DNA of 32,000 bases. Origin: an uncultured bacterium. Lineage in GTDB: Bacteria; Patescibacteriota; Gracilibacteria; UBA1369; PNNO01. Shown here piece after piece: positions 9,401 to 22,500 of the stretch. The translations under genes and the position numbers were made by a program. Location: contig OY969931.1 of the NCBI GenBank assembly GCA_963704705.1, positions 300,001-332,000 on the forward strand, read 5' to 3'. Under the pieces are notes generated by a model, which saw only the letters and a program-made list of their open reading frames with translations, was not told the origin of the DNA and did no database searches. Position 1 is the first letter of the stretch; every line of letters begins with the position of its first letter.

Positions 9401-10021
9401 CTAAGTACATTTAGCGGTTGTGGCATCAACGAATTTAGACGGAAGCTTTTCAATCTCCTGTCTTAATTCGGATAGCTTTTTGTTATATTTTGTTAAAGCT
9501 TCAATTAATTTTTCAAATTTTTCGTGCATTCTATAGGTAGGCAGGATTTCATTGTAAGTATCCAAAGCCATATCTAATGCCTTTTTGGCTTGCGTTAACT
9601 CATTATCAATAGTTAAAGTCTGGCTTGCAGATAAAATCCCGATCTTTGCTAAACCTTCTTCCTGTCCCATTGAAACTGTTTGTTTTCTTTTTCTTAGTGC
9701 TTCCGCGTATTTTTCATATTCGTCGGCAACTGCTATTGAAAGACAGAATGTTGAGTAATTGTTCTCGCTGCATTCGTCTGCCGTAGGTATTTTTGTTGTA
9801 CCAGAACCTTTATCTCCTTGTTTTAACAATTTTAGTTTTGAATTGAATATGTCATTTATTCGTTTATGGTAAAGCACTTTAACTTCTTCGAAAGTTAATT
9901 GTTCTTTGTCGTATTGATTAATTGTTGCTGCCTGAAGCGTTCCGTAGAACAATCCTGATGCCAAAATTAATACTGCAAGTACGAGTGTAAGTCCGAATTT
10001 TATTTTTTGTTTTTGTATCAT
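9401..10021 (-). CDS. Secreted helical protein of unknown function
   Basis: 206 aa; N-terminal signal KFGLTLVLAVLILASGLFYGTLQAA; ends ...ATTAKCT; ATGA overlap with the upstream gene. Confidence 0.8.
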   Translation of the reverse strand: MIQKQKIKFGLTLVLAVLILASGLFYGTLQAATINQYDKEQLTFEEVKVLYHKRINDIFNSKLKLLKQGDKGSGTTKIPTADECSENNYSTFCLSIAVADEYEKYAEALRKRKQTVSMGQEEGLAKIGILSASQTLTIDNELTQAKKALDMALDTYNEILPTYRMHEKFEKLIEALTKYNKKLSELRQEIEKLPSKFVDATTAKCT

Positions 10022-10551
10022 ACGCAGTTTTTAATAAAACAAGGTACGCGGCCTTTTAATGTTAGCCATTTACCATAAAGCTGCATAACAGCTTTAAACA
10101 TTTCATCCATTTTTTTATTTATTGCTTTAAGTTTTTCCATTACTGCTGAAGTTGTTTTTACGTTTGAAGTCTGTTCAAAATAACTCCTTAATTGTTTTTC
10201 CATAAGGTTAATTTCGCTGGTTACCATCTGGCTGCATTTAAGTTTTTGTGCAGCTGTTCCAAAAAGTTCAAAATTGTCTTCAGGTAAATATTCATTATAT
10301 TTTTGATAAAGATCTTTTTTATATACATCGAATCTCTTTAAAGCCAAATCAAGCAAAGAAGAATTAGTTTTTTTGCTTTGAAAATGTTCCTGCATATAAG
10401 TTCTCATTTCCGCGCTTTTCTGCTCAAGGAAAGGTTTCATGTTTGCTACACAATTATTGTCGGCATCCGCTGCAAAAGCAGTTGGAAGTCCTCCCGCAAA
10501 AATCGAGAAACTTATTAATATTGCCAATATTTTTTTAAGTTTATGGTTCAT
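10018..10551 (-). CDS. Small secreted helical protein of unknown function
   Basis: 177 aa; signal peptide KILAILISFSIFAGGLPTAFAAD; ends ...CFIKNCV; its start codon lies inside the end of the giant ORF. Confidence 0.8.
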   Translation of the reverse strand: MNHKLKKILAILISFSIFAGGLPTAFAADADNNCVANMKPFLEQKSAEMRTYMQEHFQSKKTNSSLLDLALKRFDVYKKDLYQKYNEYLPEDNFELFGTAAQKLKCSQMVTSEINLMEKQLRSYFEQTSNVKTTSAVMEKLKAINKKMDEMFKAVMQLYGKWLTLKGRVPCFIKNCV

Positions 10552-13500
10552 ATTTAAAGGTTAATTCGTTACTTTTTGAGAAAATCGTAGACAAGTCGCC
10601 ATTCGCAATAACAGCAAACAGAATGTCGCCTATAATTAAATCCGCCTTATGATCAAGCGCAGAAAGACATGGACATGAATTGCAATCATTCTCGACAACA
10701 TACACTCCTTCATCTAAATTCTGTCTTGGATCAAAGCCTCCTTCTTCTATTCTTCCAGTTGTAATAAGCTCGTCATCCTGAGGATAGTCCACAGGATTTG
10801 TTCCTCGTTCAACTTCAACACCATCATATGTGCCTCCATCATCAGTGTCAGGATCAAAAGGATCGGTTCCGAATCTGTATTCATCCAAATTACTTAAGCC
10901 GTCTCCATCAGGATCAAGTCCCGCATCATTTGGATCATTCGGATCAAGACCATTTTGAATTTCCCATATATCCGGCATTCCATCACCATCAGTATCGATT
11001 ATGTAACAATCAAACGCCTGCAGTACTCTGTCCGCTATTGCTGCGAACTCAGCACGTGTTAATAATTTATTAGGCTGCGAAGCTTCACTTGGAGTGAGAA
11101 TATAAGTTTCTTTTACCTCGCTTTCTTTAAGAAGGCGAGGGGATATATCAACCGCAATATTCATATATGGAACATACCATGCCTGATCTTTTGAAGGCTG
11201 AACATCAGCCAGGCTTATTATTCCCTGTTTTTCAAGAGCTTCCAAAACAATCTTTACTGCTTCAGCTCTTGTAATTGTTGCTTCCGGTTTATAAGGGTTC
11301 AAACCTGATTCCTGGTCGATCTCACCAACATAACCTGTAACAAAGCCCTGTAATGTAGCTTCTTTAATAACAGGATAATAATAATTATTCTCATCAAACG
11401 GCATGTCAGAATAAAGATTAGGTTCTTCATGTGCTTCCGGCCTAGGAATAATACAAAGCATTTTCAGGATAATATCAGCAAAATCTTTTCTTGCAATAAA
11501 TTTGTCAGGATTAAAATCATATTTACCGTCAACTATTTCTCCCATTAAAATATTTTTTTGTGAAAGATTTACAATTGAATCATAATAAGGGTGATCTTCA
11601 GGTACGTCATCAAATGGCGAGCCAGCAGCTTTATTTGGATTTTTACCCCAGCTGACTTCATCACCGTCACTAAATCCATCACCGTCAGTATCAGGATTAA
11701 GGGGATTAATTCCAAGCCTGAATTCTTCTAGATTTGAAAGTCCGTCTCCATCAGAATCCAAGTTGGCATCATCTGGATTTCGCGCATCAAAGCCGTATTG
11801 CAATTCAAAATTATCACTCATTCCATCACCATCAAGATCGCTTGTACTAATTTCTTTAGGAAGACCGATTTGATCCCGACTCACAATTTCCGCTTGTTTG
11901 CCGTTATTAATTGAGATAAATACTTCCGCGATAACATTTGAATCATAAAGCATTTCAATTACAAGGGGTTCGTTTGTGTCAGTTACAGGTTTAAGTCTTA
12001 AATCAAGTTTATCATCAAAGAAGTAAATGTTTCCGCCTGAATCAACAATTGAAACTCTCGAATCAGAGCTTGTATCTCTTATTTCCGCACCACCGGTAAA
12101 GTTGGGATCGTCAGCAGGCAGACTGCTAATTTCAAATTGATCGTTTGGATTTGTATCTTTAATATGTGTACCTTCAAGTTCGAATATTGAACCAATATCA
12201 AAATTAAAATCGCTATTGTGAATTGTTACATCAGTATTTAAATCAGGAATCAGCAAAACAGTGGTCATTATTTCGTTTGTTGATTTTTCAATTACAACCA
12301 TTCTGGTTGGCATACTTGGGAATGTTGCTTCATAAACATCCACATAATAATTTTCATCTAGAATTATTATTCTTCCGGTATATGTATCGATTTCAGCTAC
12401 AACCTTGCCATCAACATTTTTAACTAAAATCGCATCATTGTAATTTAAGCCGTCAACTCTGAAATTACCTTCTTCGTCAGTTGTCGTTTCTGCAATCTTA
12501 CTGACTGCACCATCACGTTTTCTAACAAGAGTAATTGGAATATCCTGTGCCACAGGATCAATTGAACCAGTAATTAATTCGCTTGTAGCTGATGATTCAT
12601 TAAGAGTGATATCAGGCGCAACAACTTCAATGTTAATTATTTGTTTACCGATATTTCCTGATTCATCCACTGCATTAAGACCATATTGAACAGTACCGAG
12701 TTTTTCAAAAGGACCGATCAGAAATATTGGGTGACTCGGGATTGAATTCATGTAGTCGTTATCATTTGCCGGATCACCATCGTTATCTGAATCTTCTTTA
12801 ATATTTGTATCAATATAGAATTGTTTAATTTTTCCGTTTGTATCAAAAGATTTTGAAGCATCCAGCCGTAACGTCTGCATAACAATCACCTGTTTATCGG
12901 ATGGGCCGGCTTCCACAAATGGCTTTTGATCATCAGAACAAATCTGAGGTGCAAATATTTTTGTTTCAGTTGGATTGCCTTTTTTGCCATTATTGCCGAT
13001 CGCATATATTTGAGAATAATAATTTCCTTCTTCTGATTGAAGGTTAATAAATGGATTGTTCGGATCAGTAAGTTCAATTATTTTAAGCGAATCTTCAGGT
13101 CCGAGAATTGTTTTCGCACCATTAGCAAAAGTGATTTCCATTGTTCCGCTTTGCATTTGAATTGTTTCATTGAACTGTAAAAGCATTCCTCGTTCAGCTG
13201 ATGTTTCGTTTATAAGTTCATCAGTCGGAGTAATAAGTTCAACTTTTCCGCTTGTAACCTGGATTTCAATATCGTCTGTGTATTTTTGTGAAACCGGTAT
13301 TGTTCTGTTTGCGGATATTTCAAGATTTTGCTGAACTCCTTCTTCAGGGTAAATTATCATTTTCGAGTCTTCCATTGTATGAATTATCTGTCCTTTTTGT
13401 AGAATTTGTCTGCCTGAACCTGAATTTAGGATTTGTCTGGACATGCCTTTTAATGTCGCTTGTCCACTGAAATTTGATATATACGCAAGTCCGTCAGCTA

Positions 13501-16500
13501 CTGTTGATCCAAAGAAATATGAATTTTTAAGCGGTTCAACTGTGTCTCCATTTTTAAATATCATTTTTACATCGGCGTCTTCGTTTATTGTGCTTGAATT
13601 TTCCTGTAAAAACATATTGGTAAAGAAGTTGCTTCTGAATTCCGCGCGCCCCGTAACTACTGTGACTTCAAAGTCACCCGGTGTATAGTCAGGTAACTTA
13701 ATAATTGTATCAGGTCCAAGGAATATCTGGCTCGAATCAGAGAAACTGATTGCAACTTGAGTATTAGGATCCGAACCTGTTTCTATTGAATCTCCGAAAT
13801 TATAAAGTTCCGATGATTCACCATTAACAGTATAAGTTCCTTCCACAGCTGTAATCTCGAGGTCTTGTTTAATTCTACCTACCGTAATAGTTTGTTCTTT
13901 GTTTTCAATAACAACAATTTTATCCGAAGGGGTATAATCAGTTGAATCAAAATCAGCCAGGCTATCTTTATTAACAATCTCATAACCGGATATAGAACCT
14001 TCACTTAAGCCCTGCCAGTCAAAGTCACCTTCGGTTCCCACATCATAAGTAACATTGTAATTATTTACTGTTGGAGCCTCCGGAATATAATCATCTAAAT
14101 TTGCCACTTTTGCATTTTGTGAATTGTACTTAACAAATTCACTTGCAGGAGGTTTAGTGTAATTTTCTTTTAAATATACATTTCCGCCATAAGAATAAAT
14201 AATATCTTCATCTTCGTCTTTATCAATATCAGCAATAATTGAATTGTTTGGAAGACCAATCTCGCCTTCATACATTAGGATTCTTTCATTTACTCCTGTT
14301 GCAGGATTAAAGACATACAATCCTGTAAGTTCTGTTTGTCCGTCAGGATTTGTCACCTGCTCTTCACTAATTACATTTGGAGAAATAGCATTTGTATTTA
14401 AAGCTATAAGTCTCGCTGTATTTTTTATTCCTTCAAAAGATTCACTTTCGGTTTTCTTTTTAATGCTTAACGGTACAGGCTCAGCTGAAGCGGTTTGTCT
14501 TGTTTTAATATAATCATTTAATCTCGGAGCATTATCTGCAAGTGCAACTAAGCGGTCATAATCTTCTCCAACCGACTGACTGAATAATTGGTCGCTATCA
14601 GTATATGCAATTAATGCATCGCGTAAATTAGTATGATAATTAGTTGCCATTTCCGGAGGAAGATCTTCATTTTCAATGGAAGTTTTAATTTCTTCATAAG
14701 AACTATTTAAAGCATCTGGATTAATATAACTTTGTGTTGCGACAAGTTTAATCGGGTCAGGATTATAAGCCTGCGGACTTGGAATTTCAGGTACGGCAGG
14801 CACTTCTGGTATTGATGGGATCTCAGGAGTAGGTATTTCTATTTCTGAAATAGCCTGAGAAATTTCAGCGGAAACTTTACTCAAATCAGTTGCAATGCCA
14901 TTCCACGCTTTTGCAACTTCTTCGATCGACTTATAAATTGAATCTGTTTCGAGCCTTAAATCAACCTTTAGGTTTAATTTGATTTTATCAATCGAAGGAA
15001 TATTAACTGCGGGAGATTGTACGCTGAACAATGTATCTATTGGCAAAGACGTACTGCTTGAACGCGCTGTAGCAGCTTCTATATGCGATTTCAAATTTGA
15101 AACAGGAATTGGCAGTAAGTTTTTTTTCAATAAACACATTATTTTAATTGCAACTGAAAGACCATCCAAAGCAGTATCTATATTTGATGAAAGCTCAGGA
15201 ATTTTTGGCGGATCAGGTAAGTCAGGCAATTGTGGCAAAGGCATTGGCGGCAAGTCAGGCAATTCAGGGAATTCTGGAATCTCAGGTAGTTCAGGAATTG
15301 AAACACTTAACACCGAAGAAGCATTTTTAATAATATCCAGATTTTGTTCAATTTGTTTTAAAATATTTTCAACTTCTGGTGGCAGTGGAACACCCGGCTG
15401 AGTCGGCAATTGCGGAAGCGTTGGGAAGGTCGGCAATTGGAAATCAGGCAATTTTGGCATTATTATTTGTTCCTTTTTAAACTGAATATCAGGAAGCACA
15501 ACTTTTAATCCAAGTTGAATCTGAGAGAAGTCAAAATGGAAATCCGGCCACTTAGGAAATTGAATTATAGGTGGCTGTGGTATTGCGCCGGTGAACAATT
15601 GCGCAAGCAGCTGCATCAAACTGTATCTTTCAGTTTTACAGCTATCGCAAGTCTTCATATAGTCGGACATGAGTTTACTAATTTTTTGCCATGTTTTAAG
15701 CAGATTTTTTATGTCTAAAGTAACCTTTTGCCATCCATTAATTTTGCTGACCTGTTTTTTAAAGTATCCGCCCATGTAAGTAACAATAGTGTCGAGGTAG
15801 CAAATTAATTGTTTAATGTATTTTGTTTTAACATTTTTCCATTCCAGAATTTTAGCCGGTAGTTTTTTATATTCTTCTAAAAGCTTAAGATTTTTTTCAA
15901 CGCTTGCGATTGGTTTTTCGATTGAAGCAAACGCAGACAAACATTTATTTTTTAATTCAGGCTTAAGATCACACGGTATTTTTAATTGAACTTTTAATTG
16001 TTGTAATTGAATTTTCGCTTTAGCCAGCCAGTTTTGAAGTTCCGCCTGTAATTTTGGAATTTCTGCTGCAGATAAAGCAGGTATTTTCATTTGAATTGAT
16101 TTGACTTCAAGATCAATTAAAGGAAGTTTATTCACATATGTAAGAACATCCTGGAATGTTTTAAAGTTAGCTGTAGGAGGAGTTTCAGAAACAAATGAAC
16201 TTGGGTTCGGATAATAAACATATAAATCAGGCAGATCCGATAATTTAACCATAATTTCCTCAATCTGTTTTGCGAACCAATCCGTTATAACGCCAGGGAA
16301 GCCAGGTACTTTTTTATTTGTATTTGAAGAACCACTCGGTTTATATCCGCCAAGCAAAGAGGTCCCGGTTAATCCGCCATTGCCTTCTCTTGGATTAATT
16401 GAGCCTGAACTGCCTCCACCGCCGCTCAATAAACTTGTACCGCTTGCTGAACTTATTACATTAGTTGCTTTAGCCATTGCGCTTTCAAAAGCTTCTGAAA

Positions 16501-19500
16501 TGGCTTGGCAGGCTTCAGGAGGAAGTAAAGGAATAATTAGACTCCAACATTGACCAGCAATACAAACCGAATTAGCAAGATGAGCAGTAAGAGTTGGACT
16601 TAAATAAATTGTAACAGGTCCATAAACAAATACTGGGGTTCCCGGGTCAGCTCCAGCCGGTGTTCCCATAACATTTATAGGTCCCGGAGCCAAGAATGCC
16701 ATATTAATTGGAGTTGGAATACAGCCTCCTTTACAACTGAATGTATCAATTATTTTGCTTATTTCATCAGCTACATTATCAACAGCCCCATTTACTTCAT
16801 CCCAGGCATTTGGTACACCATCACCATCTGCATCACCTTCATTAAGATCTTTAGCCATATCTTCGATTTCACTTGGCAGACTATCTGCAATACCATCACC
16901 ATTTGCATCTTCAATTCCAAAAGGTAAATCAGGTTTCTGTGCTTGTGCAGGGTCAGTTACATACCTGCTATAGCTCATTCTGCCTGTTTCCTGATCTTTT
17001 GAAACAGAATATAAGAATAAATTTTTACCTGAATTGTTATTTGATGGATTAGCGCTTATATCAAGGAATCCATCTTTAGGGAAGTTAGCGTCAAAATTAG
17101 AATTAAGGTCTAAAGCAATTTCAGGAACATTAATTACATTCATTTCATAAGTTATAAGTCTGCTTTCACCTGAAGGTATTGAAGGGATAGTCACAGCCCA
17201 TGGTCTTAAGCTCATACCAGTATCAATAACCTGAATGTCCTGATTACAATTTATACATTTTAAACTGTCTGGATTAAATTCAAGTGTATCGGTTATAAAA
17301 TCACTTAACATTAAATTATTTATTTCATTCGGACTGTTATTAAACAGAGTTATCGTGTAGACAATTTTATCGCCCATTGCCAGTGTGGATCCGTTTATAT
17401 CAACGGCTTTCTTTGAGCTGTCCGTACTTCCGAAAATTGGATCAGCATCCATATAAATAAATGGAACTTCTTCCTGTGCCGCAAAAACCGCTGGGTCGGC
17501 ACCAAGAGCTTCAAGTTGTGCCTGTGTTGCCGCATCAACAAATTCGTTATTTGAAGCGGATCCGGATTTCATTGTAATAGACTGGAAATTAAAGTCGTCA
17601 TCAAGATATGGAATTTTTTTTCCTTCCGAATCCAATACAAAGTTACCATTCGCATCAATAACATATTCAAGCTCTACTGGCATTCCATCATAATGAATAA
17701 GAACTTCATTTTTGAAATCACTACTGCCATCGATGCTCATTCCAAGGTTTTCTACAATTTGTCCGTTTGTATCAATTACCCCTTCGTTGTTGTAATAAAT
17801 TTTTATATTTCCTGAAAGCTCGGCAAGAACAATATCTACATACCCATCATTGTTCATATCACCGATCTTTATACTTGAGACTTTGTCATCCAAATCAAGA
17901 TCCAAGTGAGTTCTTGTAAAATTGCCTTCGTGATTTTCATATAAATAGAAACAAACTTCATCTCCCACACAAGGATCTTTTGTTGAAACAAGCAAATCAT
18001 CATATCCGTCATTATTAAAGTCGGCCGAGGCAATACTGTAGATGCCATTTGTTATGTCCAGAAGAAGACCTTTATCTTTATAAGGCCTTGCTGAAAGCTG
18101 CCTTTGTAGAAGTCTGACTTCGCCACTTTCGTAGGCCAGAATAATGTCATCAAGACTATCGTTATTGTAATCAGAAAGTACCATTTCCTTTATTGTATCG
18201 TCACCGGAATATAAAGGTTGTCCAATGTCTTTTGTGTAACCTGCTGAAGTAATTTGGTTCTTTAAGCCAAGTCTTACAGTAGGGTCGCCAAGATTAATTC
18301 CAATGTCAGTTGCGTATGGGATGTTAGAAACCCCCACGCTGTTGCCGCCCGCAAAGAATAATGAATGTTTGTTGTCACCATCTAAGCCAACTCCCATTAC
18401 ATCGTTTATTTTTTCGAGTGATGTATACGAGAATCCAGGGGCACTTGAACCAACAACTTTCAAGTTTTTATCGCTTATTAATACACCTTTTGGTTCTTTT
18501 GTTGATGATCCTGCTACTGTTTGAGAAACAATGTAATCATCAGAAAGCTTTTTTACAAAAATTCCATTAGATGTTATCGCAGAATTGATTTTGGCATCAG
18601 TATTTAAGTTTTTCGCATAAATAATTTCAGCGATTTTTTCATCAGCATATAAAACATCAAGCACAAGGAATGAACTTTCAGTATCACTTAATTTAATTTC
18701 CATTAAATTATCAGATACTTTCAATTTCCCTCCGCTTGAGATTCTAAGTCCTTCATTTCCGTTAACAGTTATTCCTGCTGCATCGCTTAGTTCAACAAAT
18801 TTAAACATCTCATCTTCAGTTTGTTTTATTAAATATATTCCTTCCTGCAGCATTTCTGTATTTGCGAAATCAACAATGTTTATTGGCATGCCTCCCGGAT
18901 ATTCATAAGTTACCTCTGCAACATCCTGACCAGTTTCCGGATTGCTTATAATAACGCTATTTGGAGCATTGAAACTTGATTCAAGTGAACTGTCGCCAGT
19001 CATACTTATTCCGCCATTTGCGTCTATTGTAGCCAAAGGCATATTTGGATTTGCGTCCACTGTTAATGCTGTAACAGCCTGAACATTACCTTTAAATAAA
19101 ATTTCTCCTGCCGCATACTTTTCCTGCGTTGGGTCACCAAATGGGCCTCCAAGCATTGTTCCATATAAAGCATCGGGATAATCACCAACAATATCTTCTG
19201 AACTTATTTTAGTAAGCGGATATAAATTTATAGTACCCGAAGTCAGCCCAGGACTTGAGGCCACCAGGTGAACTTCACCTGAAATTCCTTTGCCTGCAAT
19301 TGTAACTTCAGCCTTCCCTTTGTTGACGATTGCAGAAGCATCTGAAGTGATCTCTCCGTATTTCGAAGTTTCATCAGTAATTCTGAATGTTAAAGGTGTT
19401 TGATTGTCGAATTCAACAAAATTTCCATTCATATCATAAATTTTCGCAGTTACTGTAGTGCTGTCGTTGCTTGAATTAAATGTGTCCGAATCTGTTTCCA

Positions 19501-22500
19501 GCTTTATTTCGAAAGGCTGATAAGCAATTGAATAAATTTGTATCAAGCCCGGATCAAGCCCGATTGAAGTCGCGCTAACTTCTTCAATTCCAGATTTTGT
19601 TGTTGATTTAAATGTAATTGTCGCCTCACCATTTTGTAAATCTTTTACTGGATCGGTTGTAAATGCTCCGAGGCTTTCGTCAGCTGCCTTGAATATAATC
19701 TGTTCATTATATCCTGTTAAAATACTGCCGGTTCCATCAACAGCCTGTGCTCTAAGCTGAATAGTGTCTGATCCATTGGCATAAATAAATTCTTTTCCAG
19801 GAATGATTTCAAGTTTAATATCATCGCGAGATGCAACGGTTGTACTCGCAGATAAATTTAAGTCATCTTTATTTAGTGTGGCGTTAATCTCAATATCACC
19901 TTCCAGTTCTGTTGAGAATAAATCCACATTAACAAATCCTTCATAAGTATCAAGCTGTATGCCTTCTTTGTTTTTATCAATATCAGCATTTATATCAAGA
20001 ACTCCGGGACCGCTAATATTTACATCAATATCAAAGAAATCATTATTTACAACATTGTTGTTGATATCATAAAGAGTGATTGTTAATGGTGTTTTTGAAA
20101 GCCCGCCTGTTTTAATTACATTAGAACGCGGAGTGATTTCCATTCGTACAGGTGGCTGAGGCTCTGCAAAAACCTGATGAGGCATTGTTGGCAATGAACC
20201 AGTAACGAGTTTTGCTCCTACATCAATTACTCCGGCATTCGTTGTTGAAGTGATTGTATTAACTGCTGTTCCGTTTTGAACTCGTACTTTTGTTTCACCA
20301 AGCTTAGCATCTGTTGTAGACGTATCTTTTAAAAAGAATTCAATTACACTGTTATTGTCACTTTCTATAATGTCTCCTTTTTCATCAAGTACTTCAGCTG
20401 CAAGGAATAATGTAGACAATCCGTCAGCTGTGAAAGTGTCTATCAAATTCAAAACCTGCTCCTGCACACCTTCTGTGATTATCTGAAAAGCAGTGTCTTT
20501 TTCAATGTTATTGCCAAGCGCCACTATTCCCACTCCAAAAGCCGGATTGCCTGTGTCGTCACCTCCACTTAAAGGGTCGGTGTTCTGAAGCCATACTTCA
20601 TCACCATCTTGAGTACCTCCGCCATCAGTGTCCGGATTTCTCGGATCAGTATCATTGTTATATTCATGAATATTTATAAGTCCATCAGAATCAAAGTCAT
20701 AATATGCATCTGATGAATCAAATTTATCCAAACCATTTGCATCTTCCCATATGTCCGGAATTCCATCTCCATCACTATCCAAAAACGCATCATCAGACGG
20801 ATCAAGTGGATTTTTATTGCTTACAATTTCAGTAAGGTCATCAAGCCCGCCCTGGTCAGTATCAGCTGATGTAATTGAAGTGTTGTATTGGTAAATTTCT
20901 ATGTTATCTGGTAATCCGTCGCCATCCTGATCAAGCTTGTAGCAATCAAACACTTTAGTAATATTTTGTACCATAATCGCAAATTCAGCTCGGGTAATAG
21001 GTGATGTAATATAAGTTTCGAATACATTACTTGGAGAACTCAGCTCATTATCAACCCAATCTTTGAATTCTTCTTCTGAATAAGTATTAAATGGCGCAAG
21101 TGATGGATTGGTTTGTTCAGGATAAATATTTTCGGATTTTGCTTTAAGTACATATCTGTAATACCACGGCTTTCCTGCTTCATAATAATCAAGGCTGTCT
21201 ATTCCTGCGGCTTCAAGGATCACTTTGACCGCTTCAGCACGGCTTATATTGTATTGGGGTTTAAAATATCCGGCATCTTTTCCAGCTGCATAACCTGCTA
21301 CAATTCCTTCATTTTTACCTTCTTTAACACAATATCCAAACTCTTCAGAAATATCCGAATCAGGAAAAGGACTGGGAGCGTAAATAGAATCCACTTTTTG
21401 TTTAGCAGCATCTGAAAATTTAGAGCAATTCACACATGTTATACCAAGAACCATTCTAAGATATTCTTCACGTGTAATTAAATCGTTCGGTCTAATTGTA
21501 TTATTCGCACCTCTCGTGATTACACCTTTAAGTAGGAGGCTGGTAAATGCACTATAAGATGCCTGAACCGGATCCAAATCACTAAATAACTTCGCGTCTT
21601 TTTTAAGTGGATCATATCCGCTTGTAATTTCTTCTCCATCTCCAAAGCCATCTTTATCTGTATCTTTATCGATTCTGTTTGTGCCTATAAATGTTTCTTC
21701 CAAGTCTGTAAGCCCGTCCTGGTCACTGTCATTTTCATGGCTGCTTTGAGCAAAAGCTGTTTTGCTGATTTTTTCAATAAGTTTGCTAAGCAAATCAGGA
21801 AAGTCGCTTGTTACATTAATCTGGCTTTGCCTGTAGCTTATATAAAATTCAGCCAGATCATTTCCGCTGCCGTCTTCAATAATAAAAATATAAGGTTCAT
21901 CAGTTTTATCCGGATTTTTTACTATTATAAAATGTTCATCCGCCACATAAACCTGTCCTTCATCTGTTATTCTTGCGATTCTTTGTGTATATGGTCCGCT
22001 ATTATCAAGAAGATAAATTGAATTATTTAATTCATACGGAATAACATAATCATTAGTTCTGATATCTTTAACATGGATTCCATTTAATGTTAGGGCGTTT
22101 TCTTCAAAGCTAAAATCAGGTTGCTGCAATGTAACAGATTTTTCATCAGGAACAACCATTACAGCCGCAACCAAATTACCTGTTCTGATTTCAATTATAC
22201 CTACACGCAATCTTTTATCTGGTTCTGATTCAAACACTTCTATATCGTAGGCTTCATTTTTAATCGTAATTTTGCCTGTGTCCGGGTCGATTTCCGCAAT
22301 TATTTCACCCGCATCATTTTTAACCACATATCCGTTTAATACTTCCTCTGTAAAAGTAGGAGGTTCAACAGTTTGAAGTTCATAAGTATAAACCCGAATT
22401 TTTCTGGCTTCACTTCGCAAACTTAAAATATTTGAAGTTAATATTGCTGGTCTGTTAACAGACTCAGCTGAAATATTAAATGAGCCAGGCACATCTGTTG

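Noticed and set aside
21745-21800. Internal 'KISKTAFAQSS' resembling a signal-peptide cleavage end, which would suggest an internal gene start or fusion scar
   Set aside because: The preceding stretch (FPDLLSKLIEKISKTAFA) lacks a proper hydrophobic core. It is probably a linker, though a fusion scar cannot be excluded.
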